DNA from: Ostreococcus lucimarinus
Taxonomy: Eukaryota
Length of the DNA stretch: 64,000 bases
NCBI GenBank assembly: GCA_000092065.1
Contig: CP000584.1
Reading direction: 5' to 3' (one strand)
Shown: positions 46,805 to 54,739 of the stretch, piece by piece
Layout: each line of letters starts with the position of its first letter
Numbering within the stretch: position 1 is the stretch's first letter
Position numbers and translations under genes: made by a program
Notes under the pieces: model-generated
What the model saw: only the letters and a program-made list of their open reading frames with translations
What the model was told of the DNA's origin: nothing
Database searches by the model: none

Positions 46805-48271
46805 CTAAACCTCCCGAAACGGGTTCGTTTCGCGTCGTCGTCGCTGTTCGCTGCGTTGCCTCGTCTTCGTTCGAACGAAGCGATACACGATGACGCAAAA
46901 GCCAACGACCCAAGTAAGGCTTCCCATCGTCCACATGCGATGCATCCGTTCTTCGTGCGCAATTTCTCGCTCGACTTTTAACGTGGCTTTCCTCGCTAAC
47001 AGACGCTCTGTGGCGTCACCCGCACGCTCCGCTCGATGCATCACCGGGACTGGCGTCGGCTTTTGCGTCATTCTGGGTTTCACCTTAGGATCCTCTCGCG
47101 ATGGCTTCATCGGTACGTCTCTTCCTTTAGGTATTATCGGCAACGACTTTGTTTCGACTCGATGACTACGAGCGCCCCGCCCGCATTTCTCATCGTTGTA
47201 CTTTTTCACTGCGTCGTTGATCGCCGACACCGTGATGTACATAATTTTCACCTTGATGTAATTGTGACGCTCTTGCTGCAACGCGTGCGCGCTCGGGCGC
47301 TTCGGGTAAGGCACAACGGGGAACGGTTCCACATCTCGCGTGGCGCACGTCATACGCTCCAAGTGCCCAGGCTCCCAATGTTTATCCCACGAGTACGGGC
47401 CCTCGTCCATCCTCAAACCGTAGTGCACGATGAACGGGTCGGCGCTTGCCTCATCCCACGGCTTCATACCTGCGTACAGCTGTACGGATCGCATCACGTT
47501 GTGCGTCAACCCCGCCAACCCGCAACCGAAGACGAACCCGTACATTTCCGAAATCCACGGCCTTGGCGATTCCTCGGAGACGTACACGTCGCCGGTGCCG
47601 CGATACGGAAACCAAATCCTCTTATCCATGCGCACCTTCACCGTTTGCGCAAACCAGTGCGGCGTCATGTTCACAAAATCTTCAGCGTCAAATATCTCCC
47701 ACCCACCCACGGGCGCGAGCCTTTTCTCCACCTCCTCGTCCACGAACCACTTGGCCATTCCGTTCTTCGTGCCGACGAGATAATCGTATTGACCGCTCGC
47801 GGCGACGCCCTTGCTCGCTGGAATCTCTCTCACGCTCAGCGGTTTTAGCAACAACATGTCCGCGTCTAGCTTCACCACCCACTTTCGATCCGTGCCGACG
47901 TTTTGCGCCCAATGATTCATCCCTCCCGGCAAGTTATACGCAGAGTATCCGTCGTCGTCCCCAAACTTTTCCTTGGCGTACCACACGAACGACGGGCACT
48001 TGACCGTGTCCGGCACCACGTCCATGTGTTCGTACCGCGCGTACTCGTCATCCGTGCACGATATCAATCGCGTCATGCGTCCAGGGCTGCCAATCGCGCG
48101 CCACGACTCATACAGCGCGCGCGCCTGCCAAGTCATGTACGGTTGGCAATCGGCGGAAAAGACGTAGTGATAGTCATCGATCTCGCGTCGTTCGCTCGCG
48201 TCGTCGAGGTCGGCGAACGCCAGGGATGCGCGCGCGAGCAGCGCGACGAGCGCGAGGGCGCGCGCGCGCAT
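46805..48271 (-). CDS. HPAT/SGT-family glycosyltransferase-like protein (hydroxyproline O-arabinosyltransferase / peptidyl-Ser galactosyltransferase family) with signal peptide and C-terminal TM
   Basis: ATG at 48271..48269. Signal peptide MRARALALVALLARASLA. Collinear similarity to plant HPAT: YHYVFSADCQPYMTWQARALYESW (vs FHTAVTASDSVYNTWQCRVMYYWF), VVKLDADMLLLKP (vs ILMSEPDHIIVKP), WISEMYGFVFGCGLAGL (vs WVLEMYAYAVSSALHGV), FIVHYGLRMDEG (vs YIIHYTYGCDYD). Confidence 0.6.
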   Translation of the reverse strand: MRARALALVALLARASLAFADLDDASERREIDDYHYVFSADCQPYMTWQARALYESWRAIGSPGRMTRLISCTDDEYARYEHMDVVPDTVKCPSFVWYAKEKFGDDDGYSAYNLPGGMNHWAQNVGTDRKWVVKLDADMLLLKPLSVREIPASKGVAASGQYDYLVGTKNGMAKWFVDEEVEKRLAPVGGWEIFDAEDFVNMTPHWFAQTVKVRMDKRIWFPYRGTGDVYVSEESPRPWISEMYGFVFGCGLAGLTHNVMRSVQLYAGMKPWDEASADPFIVHYGLRMDEGPYSWDKHWEPGHLERMTCATRDVEPFPVVPYPKRPSAHALQQERHNYIKVKIMYITVSAINDAVKKYNDEKCGRGARSHRVETKSLPIIPKGRDVPMKPSREDPKVKPRMTQKPTPVPVMHRAERAGDATERLLARKATLKVEREIAHEERMHRMWTMGSLTWVVGFCVIVYRFVRTKTRQRSEQRRRRETNPFREV

Positions 48272-48406
48272 CGGGCGCGCGATGGAAAATGGAGTCGGGC
48301 GCGCGTCGCGGCGCTCTGGGATACTTCACGCTACATCTATTTTACACCTCGTCGCGAGTCGAACCGCGCGGCTCGAGCGACTGCTAATGATTCGCTAATA
48401 AACTAG

Positions 48407-49492
48407 TCACGGATCTAACATCCAAGGCTCGGCGGCGGCGAGGTCGATTTCTTTCGATCGAACGCGCTTGCTCAACGCCTTCACCGTGTGCGAATCCTTG
48501 GCGAGCTTTCGTTCGAGCTCCACGAGCCGACGACGATCGCTCGCGCGCGCTTCGTCGACGGATTGCAAAGCATCGCGAAGAAACTCGATGGTTTCGCTCG
48601 CCTCCGCGAGCATGGTCTCGGCTTGGCGCTTTTCTTCCGCGAGTCGACGAATCTCTTCGTCGCCGCGAAACGGCGACGCCGTGGGCGTCGGGGCGGGACT
48701 TCGTCGAGGCGTATCCGCCAACTCAACCGTCGCGGTCTCGATAAATCTATTTGGTGTTTTCACCGGTGGCGTGCGCGCGATGAAGTCTCTCTCTCTCGTC
48801 GCGACGCCGCGCGCCAAATCGACGGCGTTTCGTCTGAGCTCGAGCAAGCGCCGAGAGAACCCGTCGCGATTGAGATCGCGGCGCGACACCAAGCCCGCGA
48901 CGACGAACGTCCCGGCGAGTATCGCGCTCACGGTGATGATTTGTAAGACGAACAAGACCGCGTTCGCCGCCATTCGCAGCGAGCTCGGCAACACGTACAG
49001 CCAAGCGCCCGCGACGTACACGGCGCTCGACGCCGCGAGCGCTCGACGAACCCACGGCGCGTCGAACTCAACGCCCGTCACCGCTCGATACCACCGATCG
49101 ACGCTTCGCGCGAGCTGCGACACGTCCGCTTCCATCGCCGTCGGCGTTCCCGCCGTCGTCGGCGTCCCCGCGGCTCGAAACGCGCGCGCCGCGCTCTCCA
49201 TCGCCAGTTTCCCCGTTCGTCCCGCCCTTCGCATCGTCCGCCTGCGCCCGGACCCGACCGTCGGGCTCGTGACGTATCCATCGGACGTCTCCTCGCCGCG
49301 CGCGTCGTCGCCGCTCGTCGTCGGTCCCGCGGTGTCGTCGGCGTCCGGTGGATTGGACGCCTCGGGACACGCGCGGTGCCAGTACCCGTCCTCGCCGCGC
49401 TTCGTGTACCGCGCGTGTCCCACGCACGTGCGCCCGCACGCGCGACACGGTTTTTTCACCCTCGCCGGACCGGAGGGAGGGTCGGCGTCCAT
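48407..49492 (-). CDS. Hypothetical protein: N-terminal Cys/His zinc-binding-like region, two TM helices, C-terminal coiled coil
   Basis: ATG at 49492..49490 (MDADPPSG…; the track ORF extends 43 codons upstream). KKPCRACGRTCVGHARYTKRGEDGYWHRACPE. TM AVYVAGAWLYVLPSSLRMAANAVLFVLQIITVSAILAGTFVVAGLV. C-terminal EEIRRLAEEKRQAETMLAEASETIEFLRDALQ. Confidence 0.45.
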   Translation of the reverse strand: MDADPPSGPARVKKPCRACGRTCVGHARYTKRGEDGYWHRACPEASNPPDADDTAGPTTSGDDARGEETSDGYVTSPTVGSGRRRTMRRAGRTGKLAMESAARAFRAAGTPTTAGTPTAMEADVSQLARSVDRWYRAVTGVEFDAPWVRRALAASSAVYVAGAWLYVLPSSLRMAANAVLFVLQIITVSAILAGTFVVAGLVSRRDLNRDGFSRRLLELRRNAVDLARGVATRERDFIARTPPVKTPNRFIETATVELADTPRRSPAPTPTASPFRGDEEIRRLAEEKRQAETMLAEASETIEFLRDALQSVDEARASDRRRLVELERKLAKDSHTVKALSKRVRSKEIDLAAAEPWMLDP

Positions 49493-49619
49493 CGCGCGGC
49501 GACGACGGCGTCGACGTCTGCGGGCGGTCGGCGTCGAACCGCGGCGTAACACCCACCTCGCGCGCGTCGTCGACACACGACGGCGCGCGGCGCGAGCGGG
49601 CGCGTCGATCGACGACGGC

Positions 49620-51089
49620 ATGGCGGAACGCGCGCCGTTACTGATCGCGCGCGACGTCGAGGCGGCGGTGTCGACGCGCGAGGGCGCGCGCGCGACGCGC
49701 GAGGGCGCGGGCGAGGGTGTTGGGGCGACGGACGAGGATGACGGGTGGTTGGCGCGCGCGAGGGGCGCGATGATGGACGCGACGACGCGACGGGGATCCG
49801 TGGGGCGTCTCTCGAGCGCGTTGGCGCTCGTCGGTGCGCTCGCCGCGCTGGCGTGCGTCGCGGGACTCGGAGGCGATCGCGGCGTCGCCGCGCGCGCGGG
49901 GCTGGGAAGCCATCACGGGCACAAGAAGGAAATACTCGAAGGCTCGACGAAGAATTGCGTGAACGCGGCGGCGGATAACGCGGCGGGGACGTTTCAGATG
50001 GAGACGTCGAAGTGCGAGGATTTGTCGACGCCGGGGTGCGTCGGACATCGATCGATGTGTCGATTTTGCCAGACGCACATGGCGACGAATCGAAACCACG
50101 ACTGGCCGGTGTGCCCGGCGACGGTGTGCGCGGAGAACGACGTGCACGGGTGCAAGTCGGAGTCGGGGAAAAAGATGACTAAACGGGAGTTGGCGTGGGA
50201 TATCTTGCGCCAGCACGTGCTCGATCACAATAGCATGGTGGCGGGCATCAAGATTGGAAAGTGCCACGGCAATTCGCAGGATCACGGCTTGGGGCGGTAT
50301 CAATACAGCGACTCGCAGTGTTTACGGTCGGGCTTGCCCGGTTGTCTCGGTGCGGGCGCAGCGTGCCGCTTTTGTAACGTGAAGAACGCGAAGAAGGCCG
50401 GTAATGAGTGGCCCACGTGTCCGATGGCGGTGTGCGACAAGTACGACGTGAAGTCAAAGTATTGCGCAAAGCTCACGCAATACCACGTGCCGCCGGAAAC
50501 GCCCCCAAAGGATTGGGATGAGAAATCTTTACCCGATACGATGTCCGTCGAACTCGACGAAGACGACGAAGATGCAGATTCGTTGAAGTTGAAGTCTGTG
50601 AAGTCGCACCATCAACACAAACACAAGCATAGCGAAGATGACGATGACGATGACGATGACGATATCGATGCCAAGCCCGTCTCAAAGCACTCAAAGCATA
50701 GCGACAGTGCCGGCTTAGGTGAAGACGAAGGTGAAGACGATGACGAGTACTACTCCAAAGAAAGTACTATACCGGTGGAGGCGGACGACGACGACGACGA
50801 CGACGACGACGATGAGGAAGATGAGGAAGATTACGAAGATGACGAGGACGAGGACGAGGACGAGGACAAATCGCACGTCAAAAAGCATCATCATCATCAT
50901 TCCAAGGTCAAGTTAGGTAACCAGGCTGCGCTAGACGACCAGGCCATAGTACATACCCACAAGAATGAGCAATCGGTGAAGCAGACGCATGCGGCGTCTG
51001 ACCTCGACTCTTTGGTTTTTGAAGAGATTGACGTCGAAGCGATCTCTTCCGAACGCGGTAAAAAGAGATCATCGCGAGGGACAGAGTAG
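49620..51089 (+). CDS. Hypothetical secreted/type-II membrane protein with two copies of a novel Cys-rich module (C-x-G-x3-C-R-F-C…W-P-x-C-P-x2-V-C) and an extremely acidic, His-rich C-terminal tail
   Basis: ATG at 49620 (MAERAPLL…). Signal anchor VGRLSSALALVGALAALACVAGL. Modules CVGHRSMCRFCQTHMATNRNHDWPVCPATVCAENDVHGCK and CLGAGAACRFCNVKNAKKAGNEWPTCPMAVCDKYDVKSKYC. Tail has poly-D/E, HQHKHKH and HHHHH. Confidence 0.55.
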   Translation: MAERAPLLIARDVEAAVSTREGARATREGAGEGVGATDEDDGWLARARGAMMDATTRRGSVGRLSSALALVGALAALACVAGLGGDRGVAARAGLGSHHGHKKEILEGSTKNCVNAAADNAAGTFQMETSKCEDLSTPGCVGHRSMCRFCQTHMATNRNHDWPVCPATVCAENDVHGCKSESGKKMTKRELAWDILRQHVLDHNSMVAGIKIGKCHGNSQDHGLGRYQYSDSQCLRSGLPGCLGAGAACRFCNVKNAKKAGNEWPTCPMAVCDKYDVKSKYCAKLTQYHVPPETPPKDWDEKSLPDTMSVELDEDDEDADSLKLKSVKSHHQHKHKHSEDDDDDDDDDIDAKPVSKHSKHSDSAGLGEDEGEDDDEYYSKESTIPVEADDDDDDDDDDEEDEEDYEDDEDEDEDEDKSHVKKHHHHHSKVKLGNQAALDDQAIVHTHKNEQSVKQTHAASDLDSLVFEEIDVEAISSERGKKRSSRGTE

Positions 51090-51124
51090 TATTTTAATCG
51101 GTATCTACAGTACAGCCATGGACT

Positions 51125-52093
51125 TTACAATTCTTCTACTGCGTCTAAGTCTTGACTCGACGCGCGCCGTCGTCGCCTAGCGAACTTGACACTCTGCGCT
51201 AAAATCGTCGCGTCGAGCGACACAGTGCCAAAGCTCCCCAAAAGCCAAGGCAACGATCGTATCACGTCCGCTCTCGAGTGACTCGCACACAACACCGACG
51301 TTCCGTACGCGACGTTCGCTGTGATGGCGAGCGCGAACATCGTGAGCGACAACCCCTCGACGGAACGCCGTCGTCTATTTTTTGCTATTTGCGCCAAACG
51401 ACCGCCCAAGTAGAAACACGTCGCCAGATACCCAACGCCGCGACCAAAGCTTTGCATCCACGCCGGATTGGCGTTATAATCACAATCAGTGACATTCATC
51501 GCCTCGCGTAACATCCCATTCGACGCTTCTCCCGCGCTATTCGTCGTCATCGTCGTCAACGCCAACGCCGCCGCGCCCGCCAACACGAAGCCGCCCACGG
51601 GCGACATCGGGCTTCGCATCCCCTCGTCTCCGCGCGTCCTCTCCCGCACGTTCTCCTCCTCGCTCGAGCGTTCATCCTCGCTTCCTCGCAGCGGTTCATA
51701 CCCAGACACCGATCCCTCGTCATCGCTCGCGCTCGCTCGCGCTCGCGCGCCGTCGCGTTCGTAATACGTGTACTGACACAGCAGCGCCAAATCGCTCAAC
51801 ACAAAGTACACCGCGGTGTACGTTTGCGTCGGCGCTTGGTCCCCGGTGAGGACGCATCCGATCAAGTTGAACGAGTCCCCGGCCAGCCATTGAAGCAAGA
51901 AGTACGGGCTTAAACCGCGCGCGGATTTCGCGCGATAGTTCAACACGAGCTGCGGGACTTGCGCGCTCATCCAGCACGCTATGGTGACGAGGGCGAGATA
52001 AAAGCCCGCGAGTTGGACGTCATCGCTGACGCACTCGCGAAACGTGACCCTGATCCAGTCCAAGGCGTCCGGGGAGGCGCACGTACACGGCAT
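51125..52093 (-). CDS. PQ-loop repeat transporter (PQLC2/Ypq/LAAT-like lysosomal cationic amino-acid exporter family)
   Basis: ATG at 52093..52091. First PQ-loop QVPQLVLNYRAKSARGLSPYFLLQWLAGDSFNLIGCVL. Second PQ-loop region near LAQIAKNRRRRSVEGLSLTMFALAITANVAYGTS. 7-TM layout with acidic central loop. Confidence 0.75.
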   Translation of the reverse strand: MPCTCASPDALDWIRVTFRECVSDDVQLAGFYLALVTIACWMSAQVPQLVLNYRAKSARGLSPYFLLQWLAGDSFNLIGCVLTGDQAPTQTYTAVYFVLSDLALLCQYTYYERDGARARASASDDEGSVSGYEPLRGSEDERSSEEENVRERTRGDEGMRSPMSPVGGFVLAGAAALALTTMTTNSAGEASNGMLREAMNVTDCDYNANPAWMQSFGRGVGYLATCFYLGGRLAQIAKNRRRRSVEGLSLTMFALAITANVAYGTSVLCASHSRADVIRSLPWLLGSFGTVSLDATILAQSVKFARRRRRASSQDLDAVEEL

Positions 52094-52176
52094 GACGCCG
52101 ACGACGCGAGGCGCGCGGTGACGCGACTGGGACCGACTGAAAGAATAAACGTTGAATACATTAGAGTGCTGCCTCG

Positions 52177-53340
52177 CTAGCTATTGATCGAATTACCTAA
52201 ACTTTTGAGCGCCACCTTAGCGCGGAGGGTTTGGAGCTGGTCGTCCAACACCGAGACGCCGAGTCGCAGGCGGTCCATCAAACCGTGGTCGGTGGACATG
52301 GCGACGGCGCGACAGGCGATGAGCTTTTGTAAATCCGTCGGCGTCGACGCCGGAGCGACTTGTAACACGGCGAACGACAGACGTTCAGCGCGTGTGAGCG
52401 GGCTATGAGCGAATCCTTCCGGGACGGTCGTCCAATCGGCGTCCTCCATCGTCACTTCGGCTTCGATGCGTTCGACGGTGACGCTCGGCGCGTCCACCCA
52501 CGCCATGGCGGAGCGCAAGTCGCCGACCTCCTTATGCGTCCAAATCCCTTCGAACGACGCGTCGTCGAACTCATTTACGGTATTTTCATCGTCCGCGTCC
52601 TCGTCCTTCGCATCGCTCTCGGCGCTCTCGACGTCAGTGTCGCTCGGCGCGTCGCCCAACAACCTCGCGCTCAGCAACAAGACGTCCCGAACCGCGCCCT
52701 CGATGTAATCCGTCACCTCCTTCACCTGCGCCAGCTCCGCATCGCTCGGCACGTACGTCCCCGCGTCGCCCATCTGCGGCACGTGCGTGAACACTCCCGT
52801 GATGAACGGCTCTCGCCCCGCGATCCCTTCCAATTTCACCCTCGCCTCGCCGACCACGTCCACGCGCGCGCCGACGGCTTCCCGCGTCACCGTCTCGATC
52901 CTCGCCAGCGTCGCCGACGCGTTCACCGTGAGCCCTTCCTCCTCGCTCGACTCGCTCGGCAAAAACGTCAACTGCGCGATCAACCCTCCCGTGCGCTTCA
53001 TCGCGTCCTCGAGCAGCGCTAAGAACCGCGCCTCGTACAGGTGCAGCGTCAGCCTCGACCCCGGGAGCAGCGTCTCTCGCCGCGGGAACAACAGCGCGGG
53101 CACCTCGACCTCGACGAACTCCTTCGCCATCGCGGCGGAGTAATCCAAGTACCCACCGCCGCGCGCGCCGTCGCCGTCGCCGTCGTCGTCGCCGTCGCCG
53201 TCGTTCGCGCCCGTCGCGCGCGTCGCGCGCGTCGTCGCGCGCCTCGACGCCTCGCGCGTCGCCCGTCGCGCGCGTCGCCGTCGCGCGTCGCCGGTCGCGC
53301 GCGCGCGCGCCGTCGCGACGTCCGCGCGCGCCGCGCGCAT
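52177..53340 (-). CDS. LON N-terminal (substrate-binding) domain protein with transit-peptide-like N-terminus
   Basis: ATG at 53340..53338 (MRAARADVATARARATGD…). LON_substr_bdg-like VPALLFPRRETLLPGSRLTLHLYEARFLALLEDAM. The track ORF extends further 5' into low-complexity sequence. Confidence 0.55.
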   Translation of the reverse strand: MRAARADVATARARATGDARRRRARRATREASRRATTRATRATGANDGDGDDDGDGDGARGGGYLDYSAAMAKEFVEVEVPALLFPRRETLLPGSRLTLHLYEARFLALLEDAMKRTGGLIAQLTFLPSESSEEEGLTVNASATLARIETVTREAVGARVDVVGEARVKLEGIAGREPFITGVFTHVPQMGDAGTYVPSDAELAQVKEVTDYIEGAVRDVLLLSARLLGDAPSDTDVESAESDAKDEDADDENTVNEFDDASFEGIWTHKEVGDLRSAMAWVDAPSVTVERIEAEVTMEDADWTTVPEGFAHSPLTRAERLSFAVLQVAPASTPTDLQKLIACRAVAMSTDHGLMDRLRLGVSVLDDQLQTLRAKVALKSLGNSINS

Positions 53341-53831
53341 CGTCGCGCGTCTCGCGTCGCGCGCGCGCGCGTCTCGCGCGCGCGCGCGCCGGCGGCCGCC
53401 GAAACGCGACCCCCTCGATCGACGAGTCCTGACTCGACGATATCGTCGTGTGCGCAAACAGTGCGAAGACACTTTACACCACCGAGACAGCGCAGACAGG
53501 GCCTCGGCGCGGCGCGCGCGCGCGCGCGCGTCGAAAAAAACGCGCGAATCGGCGAAAAAACGTCGACGATTCGACGCGCGCGCGACGGACGGCGCCGCGG
53601 CGACGGCGCGATCTCGAATTCGCGCGCGTTCGAATCCGCACACGCGCGCGCGCGACGCCACGCGCACGTCGCTCGACCGAACGCGAACGCGCGCACGTCG
53701 ACGTCGAACGCATCGCGAACGAATCCGCGCGAGAACGCGCGACGCGACGCGACGCGAGGGCGCGCGTCGACCGCGCGCGGGACGTCGGGATTTGAATCGC
53801 ATCGGACGCGCGCGCGAGGCGACGACGGGCG

Positions 53832-53940
53832 ATGAGCGCGATCAGCGTGACGTCGGTGCAGGTGCTGGATAATCCGCAGTTCTTCGCGAATCCGCTGCAG
53901 TTTGAGATTCAGTACGAGTGCTTGCACGATCTTCAGCACG
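53832..53940 (+). CDS. ASF1: Histone chaperone ASF1, exon 1 (MSAISVTSVQVLDNPQFFANPLQFEIQYECLHDLQH + G codon nt 1)
   Basis: ATG at 53832. Matches ASF1 N-terminus ([47 protein letters not shown]). The frame is lost after CAGCACG|GTGCGCG. Confidence 0.85.
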
Positions 53941-54120
53941 GTGCGCGCGAGGCGAGGCGAGGCGATCGATGCGCGATGACGGGGCGGACAGCTGGAAATT
54001 TGAAATTTGAAGGCGCGGGCGGGACGAGGGGGCGCGGGGAGACGGGGGCGAGGGACGACGGTGACGCGCGATGCGAGCGCGAAGACTGACGAGGCGATGA
54101 CGCGCGACGCGCCGACGCAG
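53941..54120 (+). other. Inferred 180-nt spliceosomal intron in ASF1 (GTGCGCG…GACGCAG) with GCGAAGACTGACGAG 31 nt upstream of the AG
   Basis: Junction restores …[22 protein letters not shown]…, fully collinear with ASF1. Confidence 0.75.
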
Positions 54121-54653
54121 ATCTCGAGTGGAAGCTGACGTACGTCGGGAGCGCGGAGGACGACAAGTGCGATCAGATTTTGGACACGGTGCTCGTGGGG
54201 CCGGTGGTTCGCGGGGCGTACAAGTTTGTGTTCCAGGCCAATCCGCCGGATGTGAGCAAGATTCCGCAGGAAGACATCTTGGGCGTGACGGTGCTTCTCG
54301 TGACGTGCTCGTACAACAACCAAGAGTTCATCCGGGTCGGGTACTACGTGAACAACGAGTACGCCGACGAAGAGTTGAAGGAGAACCCGCCAGCGCAGCC
54401 GAGAATCGATAGAATTGTTCGCAACATTTTGGCTGAGAAGCCGCGCGTGACTCGATTCCCGTGCGACTTTGATGCGCAAGCGATCCCTGGAATGGAGAAC
54501 GCGGGTTCGGAAGATGCGATGATGGGCGACGAAAACAACCTCCCGAACGCGCCTGCCATGGGCGTAGACTTTTCCAAGGAGCAGGCGTCGGCTTTCTTCC
54601 AAGGAGAGCAAGCGCAACAACAACCCGCTCCGGGAATGCAGGGCCTGTGGTAG
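54121..54653 (+). CDS. ASF1: ASF1 exon 2 (core beta-sandwich and acidic/Gln-rich tail)
   Basis: [113 protein letters not shown] is near-identical in pattern to ASF1 orthologues. Confidence 0.85.
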
Positions 54654-54739
54654 TGTGTCAACCAAACGAGGACGACGACGACAGCCAGCACGTGTGTAGA
54701 TAAACATTAGCGCAACAAATTGAATTAAAATCTTCGACG

